From the NCBI GenBank assembly GCA_030324005.1, contig JARDVH010000128.1, positions 11,375,554 through 11,439,553 on the forward strand: DNA of 64,000 nt, read 5' to 3'. Every line of letters begins with the position of its first letter. Positions within the stretch are counted from its first letter, which is position 1. This document shows positions 26,290 through 38,308 of this stretch, in pieces. The notes beneath the pieces were generated by a model. That model worked only from the letters and a program-made list of their open reading frames with translations, was not told the DNA's origin and did no database searches. This stretch comes from Negaprion brevirostris (lineage: Eukaryota). Made by a program: the position numbers and the translations under genes.

Positions 26290-28855
26290 TATTACATTAG
26301 AGAGGATGACTGGAATTCAGGAAACCAGGATTTCGAAGTGGCTTGTGTTGGGATAAGAAATAATAAAGGCAACAAGTCACTTGTGGGTGTGGTATACAGG
26401 CCCCATAATTGTAACTACAAGGTAGGACAGAGTATAAAAGAGATAATGGAAGATTGTCAGAAAGGAATGGTAATCATCACAGGGATTTCAATCTACATAC
26501 AGAGTGGAAAAATTAGATGGGCAAAGGGAGCGTAGATGAAGCGTTCATGGAATGTTTTCAGGATAGTTTCTTGGAACAGCACATTCTGGAGCCAACCAGA
26601 GAGCTAGCTATACCAGACCTGGTATTGTGCAATGAGACAGGATTAATTGATAATTCATTGTAAAAGCACCCCTGAGTAGCAGCAATTATATGACTGAATT
26701 TTGTATTTAGTTAGAGGGAGAGAGGAGTGTGTTCAAGACTAGTACTTTAAACTTAAATAGGGCCATTATGAGGGTATGAAAGCAGACCTAGTTAAAGTGA
26801 ACTATAAAATGAAGTTAAGGCAGAGGTCAACAGATGTTCAGTAGCAAACATTTAAAGAGATACTTCAAAATACACAGAATAGACACATTCCAATGTGACA
26901 GAAAAATTCCAACACGTGGGCTCACTGTCCATGATTAACTAAAAAAAGTTAAAGGTAGTATCTAACTTAAAGAAAAAATATAATATTACTCAAAGTTGGG
27001 TGGCAGGTCAGAAGATTGTAAAGAATATAAAGAACTGTAAGGAATGACAAAAAGGTTAAGATGAAGGGGAAGATTAAGGACACAATGGAAAGCTGATAAG
27101 AAAATTAGAAATGGATACCAAGAGCTTTTATCGATAATTTTTAAAAAAAGTTAACAAAATGAGCATTGCTTCTTCAAAAAAGTGTATTGGTGGAATTGAT
27201 ATTGGAAAATAGGGAGACTGTGGATGACTTAAACAGGATACTGTGCATTAGTCTTCACTAAAGCGGACTCAAGTAACATACCAGAAACAGGAAATGGAAG
27301 GGAGCGTTCAACTTAGGAAAAGTATAGTCACCAGGGAAGTGGTACTGTTGGGCCTGTGGACTGATACATTCCAGGGTCCCAATCGATTTCACCCTAAGGC
27401 CTTGAAAGAAGCAACTAGTGAGACAGTTGATGCATTGGTTTTAATTTTCCAAAATCCTCTCGATTCTGGAAGGCTCCGTTAGATTAAAAAATAGCAGATT
27501 ATTCAAAAAGACAGCAAGCGGGAAACTACAGGCTAGTTAGCCTAACATTTGTCATAGGGGAAATATTAGAAGCCATTATTAAATATGTTATAGCAGAGCA
27601 CTTAGAAAATTTCAAAGCAGTCATGTAGAGTCAACAGCTGTGATTTTCTGCCCCCACTCATGGCAGGTGGGTTTAGTGGCACAAGTGGAAAATATCGTGA
27701 GAAGTCCCTGGACACATTTCCTGACAGCCTAAACGATGGACTAATCGTCCCCTTACTCCAGTGATGAGACACGTTTCCTGCCATCCAATGTCAAGAACGG
27801 CATTATAATATATTAGCATATCTTTAGCGGGCCCATACACCAGAATCACAAAAGACTAGTATAGCTACAAGAAATAGTTCGGAAAACTAATAGAATGTTG
27901 TCATTTATTGTGAGGGCAATTAATTACAGGGAGGTTATGCTTCAGTTGTACAGGGAATTAGTTAGACCACGTTTTGAATACTCTGTACAGTATTGGTCTC
28001 TTTATTTAGGTTCTTCATAGGATGCGGATGTCGCTGGCAACACTACCTGTGATTTCCCTGGAAATTACCTTGCTCAGTAATTTCAGAGATCAGTTAAGAG
28101 ACAATCACATTTTTGTGGGTCTGGATTCACATGTAGGCTAGACCAGTGAAGGGTTGCAAATTTCCTTCTCTGAAGGACACAGGCAAACCAGATGAGTTTT
28201 TACAACAATCAATGATTGTTTCATCATGGAGATTAGATTTATTATTATCCAAATTCAGATTCCACAAGCTGCCGTAACAGGATTTGAACCCATGTTCCTG
28301 GAGCATTAAACTGGCTGTCTGGATTACTGGTCCATTACCACCATGCCACCGCCTTTCCAAGGAAAATTTAAATGCATTAGAAGCAATTTAGAAAAGATGA
28401 TACGAAACTAATATTAAGAATGGACAGGTAGTGTTATGAGGAAAGATTGGACAGANNNNNNNNNNNNNNNNNNNNNNNNNNNNNNNNNNNNNNNNNNNNN
28501 NNNNNNNNNNNNNNNNNNNNNNNNNNNNNNNNNNNNNNNNNNNNNNNNNNNNNNNNNNNNNNNNNNNNNNNNNNNNNNNNNNNNNNNNNNNNNNNNNNNN
28601 NNNNNNNNNNNNNNNNNNNNNNNNNNNNNCAGTAGGGTGAGAATCTTTGAAGCTCTCTTCCTCAAAAGGTGGTGGAAGCTGACTCTCAATATTTTTGAGG
28701 CAGGCCCAGACAGATTCTTGATTAACAAGGGAGTGAAAGGTTATTGGGAATAGGCAGGAATGCGGTGTTGGGGTTACAATCAGATCAGCTAGGATTTAAT
28801 TGAATGGCTGAACAGGCTCAAGCGGTCAAGAGGCTTACTCCTGTTCCTAATTTAT
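26290..28855 (+). mobile_element. Fragmented CR1 LINE ORF2 to 3' tail with nested insertions (including a SINE at about 28010-28357, minus strand)
   Basis: Endonuclease SLVGVVYRPHN; QGPNRFHPKALKEA..DALVLIFQNPLDSG; LVRPRFEYSVQYWS; CR1 3' UTR. Confidence 0.85.
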
Positions 28856-29874
28856 ATGCTCTCCCCCTTCCAGACCTTTATCCTGCTTTGTGTGACTTTT
28901 GTTCATTTTCCAAATCATACTGTATTCCAGGTCAGAGTGGAACAGTAGGAGGTGGGTATGGAGGAGGAGGCACGGGTTGGGGAATGCCTCCTGATGCACC
29001 CAAGGCTGGGAGCAACTAATTTGTGTTGGAACTATGAAGTCAGCAAAAACTCCTTGAGGATTTGCTATAGCAGTCTCAGTAACCTCTGGAAACTATAAAG
29101 TACTTGACAGCACCAAACACTATTCAGAAATGAAGCAACAGCCAGAAGAAATCATACAGCAATTAGTATGCAAGTAATTGATTATCCTTTTAAATGGTAT
29201 TGCTGAGGAATCCTCCTTGCTGCTGTGCACATTTTCAGCTACGCAAGGTGAAGGGAAAGGATTAGCTGGAGCATTGCGCTGCAAATTGTTGCTATTGTTG
29301 TAAAAACAGCTTTGCATGGAGGGCTATCAATCCTGCGTATTTCTGCCATGACAAATAGGAATTATAGAACTTTGTTAAGAGATGTTTCAAGACAGGAATT
29401 CATTGTCACGTTGTGGATAACTTCATTCATGTTTCCTGATGAAACCAGTACTCAAAAGGTCAAGCCACTTCACAGGACTGTACAGATTTTACACAGACTA
29501 CATTTTTTGACACATTTAGAAGGTCCCAGTTTTAAGTATGCAACATTGGAAGTCTGTAGTCCATTATTACATGGGAGGTCCATTTTTAAAATAAATATTA
29601 GCTGTTTAGCCAGTGCTGGTATCACATTCAAAGCTCTTAAAACAGTTACAAAGTAACACATTATGAATATAACACGCTGAGATATAATGATTATCATGCC
29701 CTGATTACAATGATTGGTTGTCTTTTGATTTATAACATTGCTAATGATGTCCTTTCTACAATATAATTTAAATAATACATTGCAATAACTGTTAAAGTGC
29801 TCTTTGTTTATCATTAGCTCAAAAACACTTTCAATACATAAGGGATTAGTTTCAGCCCAAAGAACACGACTTGC

Positions 29875-29945
29875 CTGCCATTGAACAAGGACCGAGGTAG
29901 TGGTGTGTGGAATCACAGAAAGAATAACTGGTGGCTCACTGGGAA
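29875..29945 (-). CDS. SDK1: Sidekick-1 coding exon with non-canonical GC donor
   Basis: tttcag|TT CCC ... TGG CAG|gcaagt; 71 nt, phase 1-0; (V)PSEPPVILSVIPHTTTSVLVQWQ. Confidence 0.92.
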
Positions 29946-30239
29946 CTGAAAAACAGAATCAATTGAACAACACATTATAATTTTATGTTTCATGTTGACC
30001 CATTAGGTTCTGGAATGACATTGAGGAGGGAGCAGTATCTCTATGTTGTATGTGAGGTGAATCCATAGAAGTGTTTTTATATGAGTTTCAAAATGGTATA
30101 ACACTTCGGAAACCATTTTCTTGTTAAGCTTAGTATCCCTAACCAATTCCCCCAATGATAACTTTATGAGTATCAGTTTTCTTCTGCTTATGCTCCAGCG
30201 ATATACTTTGGGACATTGTATTAAAGATGCTAAATTAAC

Positions 30240-30555
30240 TCAAGAGTCCTTTGTTAGCACCTTGCAAACAAGCTACCTCTACAATCCAGAAGAACAAACA
30301 AAACAAGTGCACAGGAACATTGATACCTGAAAGTTCCCATTCCACGTCATACACCATCCTGGCTTGGATGTATATATTAACATTCCTTCATTGCCGCTGG
30401 ATCAATCTCTTGAACTTCCATCCAAATAGCATTACTTATACCATACGACTGCAGCAACTCAAAAGGTGGCTCACCAATACCATCTCAAGGACCAATTTGG
30501 AATCAGCAATAAATATTCATTTTGTAACACTCATATCACATGAATGATTTTTTAA
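30240..30555 (+). mobile_element. 3' end of the ORF1-less CR1-type LINE
   Basis: Homologous to the 3' end of the 10670 copy and to 58275-58436. Confidence 0.65.
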
Positions 30556-31315
30556 AAATTGTGATTTGTTATTATTACTAAATTCTGTGCTCTATTGGAT
30601 TGCAAGAACAGATACAGGTATATATTTCACTGTATAGATAATGCACTGAAAAATAAGGTTTAATACTGTTTCCTTTTGGCAATTCAATTTCCAATAAGGT
30701 TCAACCAAGAAATACTGCAAGATTATTGAGGGCCTCAATGCATTCATTGTCAATTGGCCAAACAGAACATTGACATCATCTTTGTGCCTTAATTAGTTGA
30801 ACAGAATATACTTCAACAGCTCACTGCAGATTTTCTTAAACAATACAAGACAAGTTAGGTACTAAATGGCCCATCTACAAGTAAGATTTATTTGTTTTGA
30901 CAAGAGATTAAATTACAGACTGTGTGAAGATTATGTATACATGAAATATGCCATAATTTGAAACTGTTTTAAGTAAATCTATTCTTCAGTCAATCATTTA
31001 TCTCACTCTTTTGTCACCGGTTGTTGCTTAGCAGTGAATTCCTTCTTCCCTTCTTTTGCTCTCTGGGGAACTGAGTTTATCATCCTGCACAACTGTTGTC
31101 TTAATACAACTTAGTTGATGCCCAATCAAGATTTTTTCAATTTAGATAATCGCAGGTAAATATTAACAGTCTATTAATATGAATAGTTTTTTCTATCTAA
31201 GTAGATGAGATACAGAAATAAGATGTAGCAAAACTTGAGAGCTAAAATGGAGAATTTTCATATGAGCACAGTAGAAGGCTGATAAGTTAAAAATTCAGAT
31301 AAGAATCATCCTTAC

Positions 31316-31419
31316 CATCCTGAAGTGTTGTCACTGGCTCTGTTGCTGCACTAAAAGCACTGTCTCCAATATCGTTAGTTGCCATTATTCGTAGCTGGTA
31401 GGAAGTGTAAGGCTTTAAG
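31316..31419 (-). CDS. SDK1: Sidekick-1 coding exon, C-terminal half of an FN3 domain
   Basis: tgacag|C TTA AAG ... GAT G|gtaagg; 104 nt, phase 2-1; [34 protein letters not shown]. Confidence 0.94.
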
Positions 31420-32879
31420 CTGTCAAAAGACAATTAACAATAAACATTGCAGTACTTTAATTTTCCTTGCAGCATTGATTCTATAATACATAAAGTGTAT
31501 CAAAAATTCTGCACCATTTCAGTAATGAATTGTTTCAAAATTCATAAAACTTAATATAGAAGAATGATTGAAAGCATATGCTTCTATGTTGGTTAAATAC
31601 GGATTTAAGAGCATTGACATCAGTGTACCAGAAAAGAGTACAACTAAGATCTTGTCTTGATAAAAAAAAATGATGACAGCTCAGAGACTTATTGGAACTA
31701 GTGGTCAGATATCTATGACTGAACTATATCAGATTACACAGAAATGTGAATCTCCATGCATAAAATTGCAAAGTCTCCTTCTGTTAAAAAAAATGACATC
31801 TCACAAATACACAAAAATAAAGAGTTCAAAACTCAATTTTAAAATTCAGCTTGGTTAATCACGAGTGAAATCAAGAGGTGCTTCTTACATAAAGGGTAGG
31901 GGAAATCTAATAATCTCTCCTTTAAAAGGTTTAGGATGCTTGGTAAATGGAAATTTTCAAGACAGATCAATAGGTTTTTGTTCAGGGAGGGTATCAAGGG
32001 ATATGGATCAAAGACATGTGAAGGGAGTTGAGGCCATAATCTAATTGAATGGAAGGACATAGTAGACAAACTGAATGCTCTACTTCTGTTGCTATGCTCA
32101 TTTACAAAAAAAAAAGGGAGTTTAAAACCTCATAAGAACTGAAAAGTAGCAAAATAAAAGCATAAACTATTGTCAGAAAGCACTTTGGGAAAAATAATGC
32201 ATTAATATGGAATAATATCCTTGAAGAGAAATTTCAAACCTTTCTAATAAGAAGCAAATTTGTCAAGTGTTTGTGCTAATAAGTGTTGATCCAGAAACAA
32301 TCACCTGATCCAGAAAGCCAAAACATGGGAATCCAAGATAATTGTTTGATGAATGAGGACCAAGTTAAAAAGTTTGACCCTTATTGGAAAAAACTTTTGA
32401 TAACATTAGCAATTCTCTGCTGATGACAGCTGCATTAGAAAAATCCAACACATTGCATATAATGTAATTACTTAACATGCAATATAAAAAGAGTTATCAT
32501 GGAAGGACCACAAAGCCCAGGAAAGAGGGGAAATTTTAAGTTTTTTCATGTCCTCTGAATACCTCAATAATGTTTTTGTTGCTAATTATACTTTAGGTAG
32601 CTGCTATTATTAGAGCTTATACTAAAAAGGAAATAAGGGAGTCAAAGAGAATCAGGAGAACACATCAGCAGCTATTATCAAAAATGACCAAGATGTTATT
32701 TATAAAATATAAATAGTAAAAGTACTGTCTGAGGAAATGTAGAGTCAATTGGAAACCAAAAAGGAGTTCTTCTTGTGACGACAAAGTATATGGCAGAGTG
32801 CTAAATGAGTACTTATGATCTCTCCTCAAGAGTAGAGAAACTAGACGATATGAAATACACCAAGCAGAGGTATTTGAAA

Positions 32880-34344
32880 GGTTGACGATGCACAAAATAG
32901 AAAACTAAGCTGATTCAAATAGGATGTACCCTGGGTTGCTGAGGGAAGTTAGGCTGGAAATTGTGAAATCTCTGGTCTTGGATATGGGAGTAGTGTCAGA
33001 GAACTAGATAAATGCAAATATTACATTCCTGTTCAGAAAAGGGGGAGGAGGATAGAACTGGCAATTACAGGCCAGTCAGCCTAACAAGGGTGTGGGGAAA
33101 TCATTTAGAAGCATAAACCAGGACAAAATATATTAGCAATTGGTGAAATTGGATTTGTTGAATGCAAATCATGTTTACTCAACTTTATTGGGTTCTTTGA
33201 TGAAATAACAAGAAGTTAATGAGGTGGTGAATTTCATTTTGTATATTTGGACTATCAAAAGACATTTTGGATAGCACAACATAATACATTTACCATCAAA
33301 ATTTAATCTCCTGGAATTAAAGTAGTACTTGAGTGAATATGTAATTGGTTAAAGGACAGAAAGGAGACTAGTTGTTCTTCAGACGAGAGGGCAGTGTTCC
33401 CACAGTGATTGGTATTGGACCAATTGCTCTATTTGATATACATGAATAATATGGTTTTGTGTATGTCAAGCATCTTTTCCAAGTTTGAAGGTGACACGAA
33501 ACTCAGAAATGTAGTAAAAAATATCAGGCAGATAATAACAGGTTCCAGGAGGGTATAGACTGGTTATCAGGCACACAGTAGATGAAACCTATCACTAGAT
33601 AACATGAAGTGATTAATTTTGGTGAAAAGAATGGAGATATGGTGTATAAATTAAACAGCACAGTTTTAAACAGAGAATAGGAATAGATACGCCTAGGTGT
33701 GTACAAATCTTTGAAAGTGGCAGGGCAAGTTGAGAAGCTTTGAAAAAGGAATACAGGATCCTTGGTTTTAGAATTCAAAAGCATCTTAAATGGAACTTAA
33801 AACACCAGTTAGCCCCCAGTTGGAATACTGTGGCCAATTCTGGTCACCATACTTTAGGAAGGACGTCAAAGCCTTAGTGAGGGAGCAGAGGAGATTTACC
33901 AGACTGGCAACAGGGCCACAAGACTTCATTTATGTGGAGAGACTAGGGAAGGTGGGGTTGTTGTCCACAGAGAAGACAAAAGTTAAGCGGAAACAAAATA
34001 GAGAAGTTCATAATCTTAGAAGGCTTTAATAAGAAGAAACTGTTACCAATGACAGTAGGGTCAATAGCCATAGGGCACAGATGTAAGGTACAGTAACCAG
34101 CAAAAGAACCAAAAGCTACACTAGGAAATAAAACAGTGTAATTGTGGCCAGGTGGCCAACAGCAACAGTGAGTACAAGTGAGAGTCAAGCATGCTGGGAA
34201 TTTTGGTCAAGTTATATGGAATGCTGGCCTTTATAGGAAGGGGTATAGAGTATAAGAGCTGCCGTCTATTGCTTCAGTTGTATAGAACGTTGGTTAGACC
34301 GCATTTGGAGTACTGCGTCCAGTTCTGGTCACCTTACTACCGGA
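32880..34344 (+). mobile_element. CR1 LINE RT and 3' fragments (old copy plus a younger copy running into a gap)
   Basis: NYRPVSLT; VSPQLEYCGQFWSPYFRKDVKAL; LYRTLVRPHLEYCVQFWSPYYR. Confidence 0.85.
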
Positions 34345-35232
34345 NNNNNNNNNNNNNNNNNNNNNNNNNNNNNNNNNNNNNNNNNNNNNNNNNNNNNNNN
34401 NNNNNNNNNNNNNNNNNNNNNNNNNNNNNNNNNNNNNNNNNNNNNNNNNNNNNNNNNNNNNNNNNNNNNNNNNNNNNNNNNNNNNNNNNNNNNNNNNNNN
34501 NNNNNNNNNNNNNNNNNNNNNNNNNNNNNNNNNNNNNNNNNNNNNNNNNNNNNNNNNNNNNNNNNNNNNNNNNNNNNNNNNNNNNNNNNNNNNNNNNNNN
34601 NNNNNNNNNNNNNNNNNNNNNNNNNNNNNNNNNNNNNNNNNNNNNNNNNNNNNNNNNNNNNNNNNNNNNNNNNNNNNNNNNNNNNNNNNNNNNNNNNNNN
34701 NNNNNNNNNNNNNNNNNNNNNNNNNNNNNNNNNNNNNNNNNNNNNNNNNNNNNNNNNNNNNNNNNNNNNNNNNNNNNNNNNNNNNNNNNNNNNNNNNNNN
34801 NNNNNNNNNNNNNNNNNNNNNNNNNNNNNNNNNNNNNNNNNNNNNNNNNNNNNNNNNNNNNNNNNNNNNNNNNNNNNNNNNNNNNNNNNNNNNNNNNNNN
34901 NNNNNNNNNNNNNNNNNNNNNNNNNNNNNNNNNNNNNNNNNNNNNNNNNNNNNNNNNNNNNNNNNNNNNNNNNNNNNNNNNNNNNNNNNNNNNNNNNNNN
35001 NNNNNNNNNNNNNNNNNNNNNNNNNNNNNNNNNNNNNNNNNNNNNNNNNNNNNNNNNNNNNNNNNNNNNNNNNNNNNNNNNNNNNNNNNNNNNNNNNNNN
35101 NNNNNNNNNNNNNNNNNNNNNNNNNNNNNNNNNNNNNNNNNNNNNNNNNNNNNNNNNNNNNNNNNNNNNNNNNNNNNNNNNNNNNNNNNNNNNNNNNNNN
35201 NNNNNNNNNNNNNNNNNNNNNNNNNNNNNNNN

Positions 35233-35550
35233 TAAATCATAAACAATTGCAGTCCCAACACTGATCCCTGAGGCACACCACTAGTCACTGATCGCCAACC
35301 AGAAAAACATCCATTTACCCCAACTCTTTGCTTTCTGTTTCTTAACCAATCCTGTATCCATGCTAATACATTACCGGTAACACCGTGCACCTTTATCTTA
35401 TGTAGCAGTCTTTGGTGTGGCACCTTATCAAATGCTTTCTGGAAATGCAGATAAACCATAACTACAGGTTCCCCAATGTCCACTGCACATGTAATGTTCT
35501 CCAGAATTCCACCAAATTAGTCAAACATGACGTTCCCATCATGAACCCAT
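35233..35550 (-). mobile_element. Young CR1 RT fragment
   Basis: VYLHFQKAFDKVPHQRLLHKIKVHG..WLRNRKQRV..VTSGVPQGSVLG. Confidence 0.92.
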
Positions 35551-35567
35551 CAAATCATGACCTGTCC

Positions 35568-36199
35568 TGTAAGATGTGATCCAACACTTCCTGTGTTGAC
35601 TAAATAAGGATGGTTGCTTGGACTATACTAGATATTCTGGAGCTATTGTTACCATATATGGTGAGGTAATTTAATTTACATGGAGCTTGGTATAAACATT
35701 TGGGAGTTGTTTATGGGTAACTCCATTGGCTACAATTGAAAATTGTGATCAGTTTCTGATGGTATCATTGGCTGAGTGCCAGGGAATTTTCCGGAACATT
35801 GTGCAAACGTTAGGGTAAGACATGTTTGAAGTCTTCGTCCTCAGTGGAAACTTTGGACTCACATTCACAATGTGTGCCCTGAAGATTTTATTCAGAGAAA
35901 GACAAAGAACTATGAGGGAGGTTCACACCAGAGAGAAAGCCTGGCCAGTTTGCCCAAGTATTTGCTTTCGGTCAAAAGCTTAAAATTTAAAGTTAAACTA
36001 GAGTTAAAAGAAATTGAAGTTAAATGAGTTAAAGTAAGTGTTGCAACTAATCTGAGTTTATGTTGAGTATTAGTACCTCAAGTATTGAATAAAGAGGAAG
36101 GTTTTGTTCAAGTTAAATTTTAGTTGACTTTCTGACACTTCATTTGTCATATATGGGGAACTATCTGGGGGAAAGGTTTAACTTTGCGGTTGAATAACA
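35568..36199 (+). mobile_element. Probable solo LTR
   Basis: TGT...ACA ends, TATAAA at about 35691, AATAAA at about 36089; weak TSD (GTCC/ATCT). Confidence 0.4.
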
Positions 36200-37126
36200 A
36201 TCTTCTGCCTGAAAGNNNNNNNNNNTGGTGGAAGCAGATACAAAAACAACTTTCAAAAGAGAATTGAATAAGTGCTTGAAGAGGAAAGCTTTCAGGTCTA
36301 AGTGGAAAAAGCTAAGGTGAATTGGACAATCTTTTAAAGAGCAGCACAGACATAATGGGTTGAATGGCCTCTCCTGTACTATATCATTTTAGGATTCAAT
36401 ACAAAGTTTGGATGTGTTCAAATTTTGAAAATACAAAACAAAATATCTGACATTCTCCACCATGTTTGAGATGCAGGTTTGTTGAAAACAGCCTTTGGGA
36501 ATAGCTCTAGGTAGCAATAGAAGAGTGACAAATGTCCTTGTGTTGGACATTTCTGCTATACTCTTTAAGCAAGCTTGTGTGCAGACTTTAGCAATGGAAT
36601 TCTTAAGCAGACTATTGTTATTTGCTTTACCAATAATATAAAGTAACCAATTGATATTATATATGACACTTGTCTTGGTTCTAAGGTTGGTGTATTGTTG
36701 TGTTTTTTATTGCAAGTTTGTAAGGTAAGGCTACCTTTATTGTTGAAACCACAGATCTGATTTCAAGGAAGAACATGACAAATTATATCAAATCATATCA
36801 AATTATTCCTGTCACTCAATATCAACGTCCACTCCAGTGAGCGAAGAGTGTCAAAAATCGTATCCAAGGGAGGATGTTGCAAGACTGTATAATGACAGAA
36901 AGTGCAGGAACATTTTTTTTGCAGGAACTGATGAAACATTAGCTTTCACAATATTTCTCCTGCAGTTTCTGATTGGGCCCTGATTTCCAACATTTTTTGT
37001 TCTGAGTTTAGGTTTCCAGGGATCCTGATTTTTTTTATTTCTCGATTGGCAGGCGAAGAGTAATTTCATATTCTTTATATATAAGCTATAGAATTGTATT
37101 CGCAATAAACAGACTGTACATATTAC

Positions 37127-37445
37127 CGGTCTATCACATATGATGTAGCATCATGATTGATTGAAGAGGTGTGTGTCTGCCACTCATTGTTAGGTAGTTC
37201 TTTTGTTTGCACTGTGAAGTAGCGGATTGGTGATGAACCATCACTGCCAGGTTTCCACTTCAACAGCAANNNNNNNNNNNNNNNNNNNNNNNNNNNNNNN
37301 NNNNNNNNNNNNNNNNNNNNNNNNNNNNNNNNNNNNNNNNNNNNNNNNNNNNNNNNNNNNNNNNNNNNNTTCCACTTCAACAGCAAGCTGCGACCACAAA
37401 TCTCAGACTGAGGTATTGTCAGGTTGGTAGGTGGCTGTGGGCGAT
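37127..37445 (-). CDS. SDK1: Sidekick-1 coding exon, FN3, interrupted by an artefactual 100-N gap (true length 202 nt)
   Basis: ttgcag|AT CGC ... GAC CG|gtaata; after collapsing the 17-nt overlap across the gap it reads (D)RPQPPTNLTIPQSEICGRSLLLKWKPGSDGSSPIRYFTVQTKELPNNEWQTHTSSINHDATSYVID(R); phase 1-2. Confidence 0.92.
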
Positions 37446-38046
37446 CTGCAAAATAAGAAAGGTTTCAAAAACAATTCTGTCCTGCAACTGTCCCCTAAAT
37501 ACCACAGGTGTCTTTGCACAAGAGCAGAACAAAACCAAAAAAGGCCAGGCAGACTCAAGATCTGTTTTCCACCACAACTTTTGGGTGAATACAGGACCAG
37601 GAAAGTGAGGCCTACATAACCAAAAAAGAATTATTCCGTATACTACATGTAATGAAATTATAAACTCATTGATAATGAATGGACTTATGATTTCATTGCA
37701 CATAATAAATCTTCCTTACAATTTAACACAAGGTTGAGCTAATTAATGTTTCGGTTAACATCTAATTTCTTAATCCATCTGCACAATATAGAAATAGTCA
37801 TTGTTTTAATTAACTGATAATTTTATTGCAAGTTTTCCATGAAGAGTCAGCTACTGGGTGTAGTTCTATGTTCAACAATACCCAAGTATTGATGGGCCTG
37901 AATTTAAATTGTATAACTACAATTGCAAACCTCAAATGGCCTTCCAGGAGGAATAAAAAAAGTTATTTGACCCACCCAGCTCATAGGTCCTGAAGGAACT
38001 ACCATCTAAGTTCCATGATAGAAAGTGTGTTCCAGTAGTATATAAT

Positions 38047-38308
38047 GGGGCAGCACGGTGACACAATGGTTAGTACTGCTGCCTCACAGCGCCAGGAACC
38101 ATGATTCAATTCTGGTCTCGGGTCACTGTGCGTTCTCCCCATGTCTGCAAGGGTCTCCTCAGGGTGCTCCAGTTTCCTCTCACATTGGCCTTGCTAAATT
38201 CTCCCTCAGTGTACCTGGACAGGCGCTCCAGTGTGGCGACTAGGAGATCTTCACAGCAACTTCATTGCAGTGTTAATGTAAACCTACTTGTGACACTAAT
38301 AAATAAAC
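38047..38308 (+). mobile_element. V-SINE (HE1-like head, alternative tail)
   Basis: ggggcagcacggtgacacaatggttag tRNA-like head, V-domain-like core, tail ending aataaataaac; same family as 62116-62405. Confidence 0.8.
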
